In this document: in pieces, positions 25,201-37,272 of the stretch
Numbering within the stretch: the first letter of the stretch is position 1
Layout: every line of letters starts with the position of its first letter
NCBI RefSeq assembly: GCF_033153115.1
Contig: NW_026889755.1
Location: forward strand, 2,914,001 to 2,978,000
Length of the DNA: 64,000 nt
Direction: 5' to 3'
Origin: Saccostrea echinata
Lineage: Eukaryota
Made by a program: the position numbers and the translations under genes
Notes under the pieces: generated by a model
The model's database searches: none
What the model saw: the letters and a program-made list of their open reading frames with translations, nothing else
What the model was told of the DNA's origin: nothing

Positions 25201-25475
25201 TAATGGTATCTCCGTTACAATTAGAACTAGTTAAATACATGTAATATTTTCAATGATTACAAGAATTTGCAATGATAAAAAATCAATTTAAAAAAGACTT
25301 AACATAAGGTTGGAAAACGGAAATATTTTCCTCCTAAATGATTTTAAAAGAGCATTTTACAAAAGGTGCTTCTTTAATTGTGTGGAAAGCAAGGTTTGAT
25401 AACAGATAACTTTTTAAAGGGATAACTGGTGGCAGCGGGATTGCTCGGTATACCTTTTAAATACAGGCGGATTAA

Positions 25476-25628
25476 GGCGGGTGTGACCTGTTGACAGGGA
25501 ATGCTAACTCCTCCAAGGCATCTGATCGCATCACTGTTTCCAGGGGCCCGTGTTTTTGCCCTGTACACGATTCGTAGATGCATTCCTGAATTTATGAAAT
25601 TGATCACTGTTCGTTATCTTCACCTTTT
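25476..25628 (+). repeat. Second copy of the 20585-20775 interspersed repeat
   Basis: GGCGGGTGTGACCTGTTGACAGGGAATGC...GATCACTGTTCGTTATCTTCACCTTT. Confidence 0.6.
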
Positions 25629-25760
25629 ACATACTTAAGGCCCTGGTTATTAACTTTTCTAAATTGTACACAGGTAAAATTGCAACGTATGTTTAACATA
25701 TGTTGAACATACGTTCAACATATGTTCTGAAACGTTCGCCATAAAAAACGAGCAACATAT

Positions 25761-26974
25761 TGTAATACATTGTAATATATCACTTTATTTTATACGTTAT
25801 ATTGTGCGGTCGTCCAGTTCTCAAACTTGTTAAATCTATGTTCACCATGTGCCTGCCAGAAAAGTTGTTAGTTTACAATTTTATTGAAAATAGTATCTCT
25901 GCCTATCTTGATACGATTGTAGTAATAACTATAATCATCATATTTTACCTCCTGTTACTTCATGTAAAGTCGTAGGATTTATAATATCAGGGATAAGAGG
26001 GTAGATTTTACATTTCATGTTTTGGTAGCCATCATACTTTACTCGGATCTTCATTTCCGGTTTAGTGACATATTTACTATAGAAATCTATGATTGAAGTT
26101 ATGAATATTGTATCAGATTCTACATTTTAATTTGAGTTGTTGTGCATTTTGAGGCTATAAGTAGTTCTTTATTGTCAGCATTTACTTTATTATCAGTCAG
26201 CTTAATCGGGACTACATTTGTTTACGCTATGGTTGGTAGTTACGATATTCATACGCTACATTGTTCAGTATCTGTTGTACATGCAAGGGATGTTTTATAA
26301 ACATTGAAAGTATTAATTTTTTTCGTCTAGTCAAGTTTATTTTATGTATTCTATTTACATTGTTATATTTGTTACGATATTGTACGATAGCTTGTGTGGC
26401 AAAAGTAGTTTTGTGTGGGAACTTGTGTGGGAACTCAGCTTCCCGTACAAGCTGTTGATTGGTTGATAGTTCGTACGGCATATTTTCATTGGATAATTTG
26501 TGTCATGTGACAGGGGATAGGAGAATATATAAGCAAGCGCGTACTATGTTACGACAGATTTCAGCTAGTTGTACGACAACAACATTTAAAAAGGTAAAAA
26601 AGAAAACAAAGACGGTGAGATACTTATAATATAAATTAAACGTAATTAGCCTAGTTAAAAATCTCCTACCACACTGGACGACCTAAACTTGTGTTTCTGA
26701 GGAATCAGCCATGTTATCTTATATTGTTATATGTGTATTGCCTATATTGTTATGATAATGAGATGCTGTACGTACAGTAAGTGATTAGTATGACTGATCA
26801 TTCATCTTAAGTATTATTCCACCAAGTATATAGAGAGGAGCCTGATCTATTTTACATGAGAGCAAATTAAATTGGTGCATCCTGTTAAATAGATGATTTA
26901 TTTAGATGATGGAGTAATTAGCTCTATACATGCTAAGGATTCAGAAATACTAGCCACCCCTTGGGTAGCTTACA
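25761..26974 (+). repeat. 5' LTR of element 1 (1214 bp)
   Basis: Direct repeat of 33779-34994 with scattered substitutions and indels. CCAAT (GATTGG), TATATAAG near 26527 and a candidate donor GACG|GTGAGA near 26614. Confidence 0.95.
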
Positions 26975-26977
26975 AAC

Positions 26978-26995
26978 TGGTGTCAGAAGTGGGAT
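26978..26995 (+). promoter_or_regulatory. Primer-binding site complementary to the tRNA-Leu 3' end
   Basis: TGGTGTCAGAAGTGGGAT, 3 nt after the LTR. Confidence 0.85.
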
Positions 26996-27148
26996 ACTAA
27001 ATTTTATTTAGTGTCCTGATACGAGCCCATGAGCCGTTCAGTGTGGTAGTTTTACAACTACATGAAAGTCTTAGAAGATAATATGACATAGATATAACAA
27101 TAGAATCATTACTACTTATTAAAGACGACGAAAAAAAAAGAATTTAAG

Positions 27149-28944
27149 ATGGCAGAATCCGGTGAGTCGGTTGATCATGAAGTCGAGGTAATGAGTCGGT
27201 TACATTTGAGGATGGTGGTCAAGGTGACACATATGATGAACGTCAGAAGTCAAGCAATGATGAAATATTTCCTCCCAAAAAAAAAAAAAAACGAAGACAA
27301 TCATGGTCCACCACCAAGCACCTATAGTGGTTTTTCTGGCAGACCTGCCCTTCAGCTTTCCTCCGCAAGTGAGTTAAGGCTAAGTATAGAAGTTTCAATG
27401 AAAACGAACGAATTAAAACGCATAAGGACTATACTTATTATACAGAAAAGGTTAAAACTTATTTTCTAATGCAAACATGGTGCCCGCGACAAGTGATAGC
27501 CAGTACACATTATGACGTCATTGCTCTCTACTACACCATGTTATAAAGAATATCAACAAAAAAGCTTCGGCGCAAGGGCATAACCTATTTATTTTTACAG
27601 AAACAGGGTCTAATAAGAAGCAGAATATTCCAAGGATTTGTGATATTGCTGCACAAATGTCAACAGATTAATTGTTTAGTTACTATTTGTAAAGTTTTCA
27701 GTTGAAACGGGGTAAAAATTCACAGTCCAGGGTATGTTTCCTCAAATTTTTATTAAACGAGAAAGTGCATAGGATTTGTGCAGCACTTTTTTTAATCTTT
27801 ATAATATTCTTCATAGAATTATACATTAATTACATAAAATTAAATAGGGTATGCCCTTGCGCCAAAGCCGTTCGTTGACGTACTTTTTTACTTTGAGTAC
27901 TAAAGAACAATGACGTCATAATATGACGTCATAATGTGCACTAGCTATAACATGCCTTGGGAACTAAGTATGTACACGAAAGTAAACTTAAGTATTCTCT
28001 GTATAATAAATATACCATTTTTGTATTTTTATTAGCTCATTTGCATAGAAACGCCTATACGTAGCCTTAAATCACTTGCGTCAAGTCCTATCCAACCTGT
28101 AAATAACATGGTGAAGCCAGAGTCCTATGATGGTACTGTAAGCTGGAAAGAGAAGATTTCACATTTCAACGGCTGTGCGGAACTAAGCCAGTGGACAGAG
28201 AGAGATAAAGTACTGTTTCTTGCTCTAAGCTTGAGAGGCCAAGCCAGGACATTTTACACGAGTTAATGTTTGGTTGAAAGAAGATCCTTTGACGCCCTTA
28301 TTAACAAGTCTAATCAGCGGTTTGGAAATTCCAGACACGAGAACAAATGGTTAGCTAAGCTTGAATAACTCAGACGACAACAGGGTGAGAGTGCTCCTGC
28401 TCTAGGTGATGATATCCGACAGATGGTTCACAAAGCCTACTGTAATTTAGATGAGCAAGCTCAAGAAAGCTTTGCTTTAAATCACCTTTACAAACTGATA
28501 ACTGTAGAGATGAAGTGCAGATGTATTGATAAAGATTGTCGGAGCATTTTAGAAGCTGCTGATATAATTGACAGATATGAAGCCATCCTTGGTGAAAACT
28601 ATGACAAAAAGAAACACAATGCTAGAGCTGTCAAAACAAATGATGAGGAATTTAATGTTCCACAAGCTGTGCCAGTGACGAGAAAGTTAGCATTTTTTAC
28701 TGCGTCTAGAAGCAACTCTCCTGATTCATCTTCACTAATTCAAGAAATCAGCAACAGATTGGACCGCCTGGAAAGAGCCAACAAGAAGTTTTCTCCTCAA
28801 CTCTGTTTCCACTGCAGCTCACCTAAACATTTTATCAAAGACTGTCCTTATTTGGACAAACCAAGACCTGGACAGAGAAGAAATCAAGATGTACTAAGGC
28901 GACAAAATTACCAACAGGGAAATGGGAGACCATCAGCCTTGTAG
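27149..28944 (+). pseudogene. gag: gag of element 1 (interrupted and frameshifted)
   Basis: VKPESYDGTVSW...HFNGCAELSQW...KVLFLALSLRGQARTFY and a CCHC knuckle CFHCSSPKHFIKDC. Split by a 689-bp insertion. Start uncertain. Confidence 0.85.
27378..28066. mobile_element. Kolobok-type MITE inside gag
   Basis: TTAA TSD (27374-77 / 28067-70), termini GGCTAAGTATAG / CTATACGTAGCC, long imperfect palindrome. Confidence 0.85.
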
Positions 28945-31530
28945 GTCGACAGCTGGTGGAGGAGCCAAGACCTAGTTCTGACGACTCACGGGGGTGGTTT
29001 TAAATAAATAGAAAAATGTCTCGGATAATGGTTTCCATATTACTGGAACATTGGGTGGGTGGATGTTATTTTTTTTTTACTAGACAGTGGTTCTACTGCA
29101 TCACTTTTGTCACATGTGGAATTTCTGAAGATTCCGAAGGAGTCGTGTCCTGATCTTCAACCCTCAAACATGTGTGCGCAAGATTTGAATGGTCATACAT
29201 TGTCAGTCCATGGTATGGGAAGATTTTACATTTATCTAGATGTTCCACATGCAGTTGACTTGTTGGTGGTTGACATGGATCTTCCTGCTATCCTGGGACA
29301 AGACTTTCTCTTGCAGTATTGTCATCACATTAACTATAAATCAAAAACACTAAAGACTGAGAAGACAACTGTTCAGTGCTGGATTACCAATGATCAAACA
29401 GCTACAAATGTAGAGGTCAAGAAAACAGTTTCCATACCTGCAAATTGTGGTATCTGGGTTCCAATAGCTTTGACCAGAAATGGAGACCTCACCGATATAG
29501 GCTTCCTTGAGCAACTTAACACCTCTAGTGATGACATACAAGTACTGGATGGTTTGATAGATACCCAGTCTGATCAGATAAATGTAAACATTGTAAACTT
29601 TGGAGAAGAACCTGTAAAACTTCAAGCCAGAACTCTAATCGGTAAATGCAGAAATGCATATTTAGTGGAACTGGGTACCATACCACAGAGAGTCTTAGTA
29701 CTTAAGGATACCAAGGAAAATACAACTCCTGAAAAAGATTTACCAGAACATCTCCTTGACATGTTTGAAAGAAGTTCGATAAATTTTGACCAAGAACAAA
29801 AAGATGCTTTCTTCAAACTACTCCTACAGCACAAAGATGTATTTTATAAGACACCAGATGATCTTGGCTGCACTGGTATAATGAAACACAAGATAGATAC
29901 AGAAAATGAGAAGCCAGTGAGACAACCTCTAAGAAGACAACCTATAGCAAAAAGAGATAGTGAAAGAAGAGAAGTACAGAACATGTTAGAGAAAGGTGTA
30001 ATTGAACCATCCAGCAGTGCCTGAGCATCAAATCTAGATTTGGTAGCTAAGCAAAATGGAGCCACCAGAGCATGTGTCGACTACAGACAGTTGAATGCGA
30101 AAACTGTGAAAGATGCCTATCCATTGCCCCGTATAGATGAATGCCTTGATTCTCTAGTACCAAATGGTTTTCAACGATGGACCCCAATTCAGGTTTTTGG
30201 CAAATAGAAATGTCTGAAAGGGACAAAGAGAAGGCTGCATTTGTTACAACATTAGGACTTTTCCAATTTCAAGTCATGCCATTTGGTCTGGTTAATGCCC
30301 CGTCTACATTTGAGCGACTTATGGAGAATGTACTGAAAGGTCTACAGTGGACTGAATGCTATATATATGGATGAAATAATTTCCTATAGTTCAACTTATG
30401 AGGAAGCCTTCAGCGCTTAGCCAATATTTTTACGAGACTTCAAGAAGCAAATCTAAAACTCAAGCCATCAAAATGTATATTTTTCCAAAAACAAGTCAAA
30501 TTCTTAGGTCACATACATGTAATTTCTTCAAAGGGTATCCAGACAGATACTGAAAAAATAGCTGATGTCAAAAACTGGCCAATTCCAAGGAATGAAAGAC
30601 AAATCCGATCATTCCTCGGACTTTGTTCTTACTACAGAAGATTTGTGAAGAATTTTGCAGAGGTAGCAAAGCCTCTCCATGATTTATACAAGAAAAAGAC
30701 AAAGTTCTTATGAACCCCTGAATGTCAGAATGCATTTTACACCCTCAAAACAGCTCTTACAACTTCGCCAATACTTGGGTTCCCATTACCTGGACTACCA
30801 TTTACTCTAGATACCGATGCCAGCAATAAAGCTGTTGGTGCAGTTTTGTCTCAACATCAGGAGGGCAAAGAAAGAGTAATTGCCTATATGAGTAAAACAA
30901 TGAACTGCCATGAGCAATCCTATTGTGTCACACGTAAAGAGTTGTTAGCTGTTGTCACTGCCCTTCAGAAGTTTCATTCCTACCTCTGTGGTGCTGAGAA
31001 GACCACGTCTCGCATAAAAAATTCATTTTACTGGCCATCAATGTCAAAAGAAATTGCAAGATATTGTAAAACATGTGATTTATGTGCTGCTCGTAAATCC
31101 AGCCAAAAGCAAAACAGAGCACCATTAGGACAGTACATGGTTGGAGAGCCATATAAGGGATAGCTCTAGATACTCTGGGACCTCTTCCTGAGTCTACAAA
31201 AGGTAACAGATACATTCTGGTCATGATTGATTGTTTCACTAAATGGACCGAAGCTATAGCTATCCAAGAAGCTGAAACTGTTATTACGACTTTTGTCAAT
31301 GAAGTAGTCTGCCGGTTTGGTACACCTTTAAAAGTCCACTCAGGTCAAGGAAGAAAATTTGAGTCAAAAGCTTTTAAAGAAGTGTGTGAACTTCTCCATA
31401 TTGACAAAACTAGGACAAGTAGTATGCAAACCTCAAGCTAATGGCAGTGTAGAACGCTTCAATCGTACCTTAGCTACTATGTTGACTATGTACTGCGAGC
31501 ACAACCAGAAAATATGGGACAAGTCATACT
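28921..31530 (+). pseudogene. pol: pol of element 1 (PR-RT-RH-IN), with multiple stops, frameshifts and internal deletions
   Basis: LLDSGS protease; SGFWQI and VMPFGLVNAPSTFER RT; LDTDAS and RKELLAVV RNase H; FYWP..CKTCDLC, DCFTKW and NGSVERFNRTL integrase. The RH-IN junction is deleted near 30990. Confidence 0.92.
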
Positions 31531-31925
31531 TAGATGTTTATGTAGATGATAGATGTGAGATTGGTGCACCATTGAAGTTGGGATAGAGCTGGTCTGATCA
31601 CCCAGAACTCTTCTCCCAAAGATGTTGATAGAGATGGTTAACAAGTCGTTTATATGACAGTATTATAGACGTGGACCTACTACCTGGTACACATCACACA
31701 TTGAATCCTATAGATGTTTGATGTCTTGTTCTAACCAGTTTCTTAGAGATTTAGATGTAGTTGTTAGTACATGTAGTGGCTAACTTCAGAAGTAGAAGTG
31801 TTAATGATGTTATGATATCCTATTTAGTTTAAACAACACAGAAACTCTTTTAGAAGATAAGGCGATGTAAGATGACGCATGAATTCCCCTTTAACAACCA
31901 ATTACTTTGATTTTAGACTATTGTT

Positions 31926-33767
31926 ATGGAGTGTTGGGTGTGCCACCTGGAGTTTTTCTCCAGCAGAGACCTTAAGAACCATATGATGCCTACGCATGGA
32001 ACTATGAGAGTTGTTTGTCCTTGGTGCCCCGACGAAAGGACGTATAAAAGAGTCACTGACCTCAGGAGCCACATCAAGTCAACACATCCTCACCAGCTCG
32101 CCAAATATCCATCTGACTTGATGTCGGAAAATAATGGTGTGTGGTTTAGCCTCGACCCAGAGGATACAGTCGTTTGGTCAACGGAACAGAATGGGGGAGT
32201 ACCTCTGCCACCCATGCAAGAGTTTTGTTCTTAGAATGGCTTTCCACCACAAGGAGAACCACCAGAAAAAAGGATGACTGGCAGAAAGGATGGGACAAGT
32301 TAAAGAAAATCACACACACACAGGCCCCAACCCCAGAAGCCTTATTCCAACCAGACTATGACGAAGAAGCCCTAGATATGCCAACCATATGCTACACGCC
32401 CTCTGCCCCTGAGATAGAAGAGCTGGAGATACAGCACGACTCGCTGATGTTGGGTAAAATATGCTTGTTTATAGGCCAGGGCAGACAGATCTTAAAGATG
32501 AATATAAGAGATGGCATCCTCACAGGGAGTAGCCAGTCTCTCGAGGAAGTTGTCGGTACAGAAGAGGAATGAAGCCCCTCAGATTGACCAGACGAAGATG
32601 GTGCAATTAAGTTCACCTACCTTCCAGTCTAGATTAATGAAATTTGCTGGCCTTGACAAGACCTACCTTGAAATGATATATACCACGACAGAGGCATATG
32701 ACAACAGTCCTCCCGCAAAGAAAATCAGATTTTCAAGCCCAACCCCTGCTCTCACTGCACCAGCCATAGCAGAAACTCCATCTGAGCCAGCCTCGCAGTC
32801 AGTGAAAGATTCTACTAGTAATAAGCCTAGAGCAAGTATGTCAGATAGGGCCCTCAACCTCCTAAAACGTGGATGTTTACCATTATTTCCTCCAGGAAGA
32901 AGGAACTGGGGCACAGAACAGTTAACACTGAAGTTGAAAGATCTCAGTATTTTATGGCCTCCAAAGGACTGGCAGGGGATGTCATCTGATAGAAAGCTTT
33001 TATCGTGGGAATTCAAATCCATGACTATTCAACAGAAGATAGACCAAACAAGTTCCACTATCGAACGTGTGGATTTATTAGATAAGTTCAATTTCCTCGC
33101 ACTTCCGGGATCAGTAGAGAAGATTGGGAAGGAGGAACAAATTGTTCGAAAGGCTCGATACTACATATATGAACAACTGAAGACAATAGTTAGCGAAGAC
33201 AATGGGGATTCGACCTAGGTAAAGATGCTCGAGAGATCATGTGCTCTTAGGGACCCCTCCACTGATGACCTTCTTGCAATTATAGCAGACATGTTTACTC
33301 TTACGATTTCGCCGTATTTTGTACGGATTTTCAGTACGTTTTGCTATAACGAAAATACGGAAATCCGTTCATATGGATTTTAGCAATTAGTTTTCGTTAT
33401 CTGTCTCAGTTTGACGCTTTTTAATCGCTAAAGAAGAGAAAATTTTCAAACATTTAAGTTGCCAAAACGCAGTGGTTTTAAAAATGACAGAAAGCACTCA
33501 AAAGAGAGCAGTGTATGACGTTTTGCTTTGTTATTAAACCATGTTTTGGTAATCAGAAATGTAGTTGTTTTCTAGTAATATATGTATAGTCGATGAAAAG
33601 TTAAATCTTACGGGCAAATGCCAAATCTCACTGACAAATCTAATGAAAAATATTGAGAGACAGCAATTTGGGTAAACAGGTCTGTTATAGACTCTAACTG
33701 TAAATCTGTAAAGACTGTTAAAGCTATGTTGATGAAAATTTTAAATTCAGGAGAATTTTGTAATTAA
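31926..33767 (+). pseudogene. ORF3 of element 1: ~480-aa protein with two N-terminal C2H2 zinc fingers
   Basis: Overlapping ORFs 31926-32234, 32174-32572 and 32511-33218 join through two frameshifts. The frame continues past TAG (33216) and across the 33286-33684 insertion to TAA at 33765. CWVC-x12-HxxxxH and CPWC-x13-HxxxxH. Acceptor TTTTGATTTTAG at 31916. Confidence 0.75.
33286..33684. mobile_element. 399-bp MITE with 6-bp TSD (hAT-like CAG termini)
   Basis: TIR CAGACATGTTTACTC / GGGTAAACAGGTCTG. TTATAG at 33280-85 and 33685-90. Confidence 0.8.
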
Positions 33768-33778
33768 GTTGTGGGGAG

Positions 33779-34994
33779 TGTAATATACTGTAATGTATCA
33801 CTTTTTTTTATACGTTATATTGTGCGGTCGTCCAGTTCTCATACTTATTAAATCTATGTTCACCATGTGCCTGCCAGAAAAGTTTACGCTTACGATTTTA
33901 TTGAAAATAATATCTCAGCCTATCTTGATACGATTGTAGTAATAACTATAATCATCATATTTTATCTGTTGTTGCTTCATGTTAAGTCGAAGGATTTATA
34001 ATATCAGGGATAAGAGGGTGGATTTTACATTTCATGTTTTGGTAGCCATCAAACTTTACTCGGATCGTCACTTCCGGTTTAATGACATATTTACTATAGT
34101 AATCTATGATTCAAGTTATGAATATTGGATCAGATTCTACATTTTAATTTGAGTTGTTGTGCATTTTGAGGCTGTAAGTACTTCTTGATTGTCAACATTA
34201 ACTTTATTATCAGTCAGCTTAATCGGAACTACATTTGTTTACGCTATGGTTGGTAGTTACGATATTCATACGCTGCTTTGTTCAGTATCTGTTGTACAGG
34301 CTAGGGATTTTTATGAACATTGAAGGTATTAATTTATTTGTCTAGTCAAGTTTATTTTATGTATTCTATTTCCAGTTGTTAATTTTACATTGTTATATTT
34401 GTTACGATATTGTACGGTAGCTTGTGTGGCAAAAGTAGTTCTGTGTGGGAACTCAGCTTCCCGTACAAGCTGTTGATTGGTTGATAGTTCGTACGGCATA
34501 TTTTCATTGGACAATTTGTGTCATGTGACAGGGGATAGGAGGATATATAAGCAAGCGCGTACTACGTTACGACAGATTTCAGCTAGTTGTACGGTGGCAA
34601 CATTTAAAAAGATAAAGAAGAAAACAAAGACGTTGAGATACTTATAATATAAATTAGACGTAATTAGCCTAGTTAAAAATCTCCTATCACACTGGACGAC
34701 CTAAACTTGTGTTTCTGAAGAATCAGCCATGTTTTCGTATGTTGTTATATGTGTTTTGCCTATATTGTTATGACAATGAGATCTGTACGTACAATAAATG
34801 ATTAGTATGACTGATCATTCATCTTAAGTATTATTCCACCAAGTATATACAGAGAGAGGAGCCTGATCTATTTTACATGAGAGCAAATTAAACTGGTGCA
34901 TCCTCGTAAAAAGATGATTTATTTTGATGATGAAGTAATTACCTGTATACATGCTGAGGATTCAGAAATACTAACACCCCTTGGGTAGCTTACA
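33779..34994 (+). repeat. 3' LTR of element 1
   Basis: Follows the PPT, matches the 5' LTR and is followed by the ATAT TSD. Confidence 0.95.
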
Positions 34995-35734
34995 ATATGT
35001 TTAACATATGTTTATGAACATATGTTGATCGAACATTTAACATATGTTGCTTATGTGTTTTGTTTGAACATATGATTAACATATGTTTATGTTCATATGT
35101 TTTTCGTATGTTAAACATATGTTAAGTTTATTTCTTGCTTACATTTATTATTTAATTATTTTGTATTTCTATGGATTGCAAAGTTAACTAAAAAGTACTC
35201 TTGTCCTTTGATCATTTAATGATCACAGTCTCCAGCAATAATATTGTGTTTATTTTTTTCAAATTTTTACAAAATCCTGACTTTATTTCCCTGACAGTGA
35301 CTGCATTGCTTCTGAAATGATAAAGAAAAGATCATAAAAATTAAGAAGTCAACTACATGTATAATTAAAAAAAATATATACCTGTATATAGTTTGCACAA
35401 AGAGTAATTACTTTGAGCACTTACAATTTTTTTTCTTGGCCTGTTCTTTGTTTTCTTCCATTTTACAACCCCTTGGAACCTCATCATAGGATTTGAAATT
35501 GTCGCATGTTAAGGTACTGTGCGGCACTACAGTGGAGACTCCAATTTTAAGGTTCTGTTGATTAATACAGGTTCTCTGAAATACAAATTAAACTCTACAT
35601 GTAATTTAAGTTCATACACTGAAGAAATTTGTCATGTGCAAACAAATGCATACTCCATTCTCCTAAACAGTTATCCGTTATGATACGAGTTAAAACTAAT
35701 TTCATAAAACAATATATGGTGTTGTATAACACCA

Positions 35735-36110
35735 TATTATGTTATAACCAAGACAAATTCACTCTTGGATGATATGCTTAATAATAAAATCATGAAAAAA
35801 AAAACAATTAGTTTTTCTAAATGTTTACAAATGAAATTGGAATGATGAAATAGTATAATATAATTAATATTAAATGGATAATCAAATACAAATGTATATA
35901 CGTGTATTTCAGAAATGAATTTATTTTTTGAAGATTCATGAGGACATGAACTACGACGCTTCACGCCGGCATATTTCATGAAGTGCGTTAGCGCTTCATG
36001 ATAAATATGCCGGCGTGAAGTGGTGACGTCAAGTAAGGTATTCTAACGTAACAATGGAGATATTCATGCCCTTTGACGGTAGTTCATGAGAAAATGAACT
36101 GGATTCTATT
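35735..36110. repeat. Hairpin-cored repeat, possibly a Crypton-like non-autonomous element
   Basis: ~25-bp-arm hairpin at 35959-36020 and left motif ATATTATGTTATAACCA. Class inferred; boundaries approximate. Confidence 0.4.
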
Positions 36111-36468
36111 TTGTAAAGAATTATAGGGGGATTTATTGGAAACGTAAATATTTGGATATAAAAAATACAGGCAGAGAAATAGGCATTTTATTTCCAGTAT
36201 AGGCCTATCCCAAAACTTTTTGGAAGAAAATAACAAAGCTTTTAATACAGGGTGTACTTACCTATTCTGGAACAAGCCTAGGGTCATGGTGTTCTTCCAT
36301 GTTATACATAGCAGGGAGGGGAGACTATAAAAATTGTAAAATAAATATTCATACAATAAATATTTTCTAATCAAATTCCAATCAAAACTTAAAAGAAACT
36401 TCGAAAGAGAGTGAGTACAAGTCTCTAGTTTTTCTAGTGTTGAAAAAAAATATATGTCAATTAATATA

Positions 36469-36642
36469 CAGTAAAACCTCGTTATCTCGAACTTAAGGGA
36501 TCAAGAAATTACTTCGAGATATCCGAGGATTCGAGATATCCAGGCTAAAATATTACAGAAATATGCGCTTGGGACTTCAAAATCACTTCGATATACCCAT
36601 GGTATTCGAGATATCTGTGTTCGAGATACCGAAATTCAGCTG
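36469..36642. mobile_element. Tc1/mariner (pogo/Tigger-like) MITE
   Basis: TA|CAGTAAAACCTCGTTATCTCGAAC...GTTCGAGATACCGAAATTCAGCTG|TA, with internal TTCGAGATA repeats. Confidence 0.8.
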
Positions 36643-37272
36643 TATAAATAAGTAAATTAGCTGATGCACTTTAAATACATTTACACTATTATCTTGAATG
36701 CCATATTAGGCTTAAACTGAGCATCTTTCAGATATTTTATAGTTTAAAAGCCAGCATTAAGTTCTATTCATATCAATATCTTCAATATTTTTATTAAAAA
36801 AAGGAGTTTGTTTAATTTTACATAAAGTAAGCCAGTGTAAAATTAAGAATCAAAACGAAATTTTTAAAGAAATATTTTGTTATTGAAGAGTCACCCTGTA
36901 ATTACTGTGATTATTATATGTATTTATAATTTTATTTTCACCTGTATATTGTGATCGTGCAATCTTCAGTCAAATCAGCTATGAGTTGAATCGTCAGTCT
37001 TGACAGCTTTGGGTTCTTTCAATAAAAATGGCACTCTGACACTGAACTCCATACATAATAAAAACAAACATTTTCCATTAATAATTCGATAAAAGAACCG
37101 AATTGATAACTGTCTTAACATAGGCTACATACAAACTGCTATGCAACATTTCTACTTTCACTTTCATGTCAAGATCGTACAGAAATATGCAAACGTAACT
37201 ATTGACAAAAGGAAAACAAATCTGAAAAATTACTAATGCTAAATGGTTTTTACATTGGTCGAAAACAAATCA

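Larger units (their letters stand above)
25761..34994 (+). mobile_element. Ty3/Gypsy LTR retrotransposon 1, full length, decayed, with an extra ORF3
   Basis: LTRs TGTAA...TTACA at 25761-26974 and 33779-34994, 4-bp TSD ATAT, PBS, PPT (GTGGGGAG) and gag-PR-RT-RH-IN order. Confidence 0.97.

Noticed and set aside
26227-26481. ORFs repeated in both LTRs of element 1
   Set aside because: Lengths and frames differ between the LTRs, and there are no protein features.
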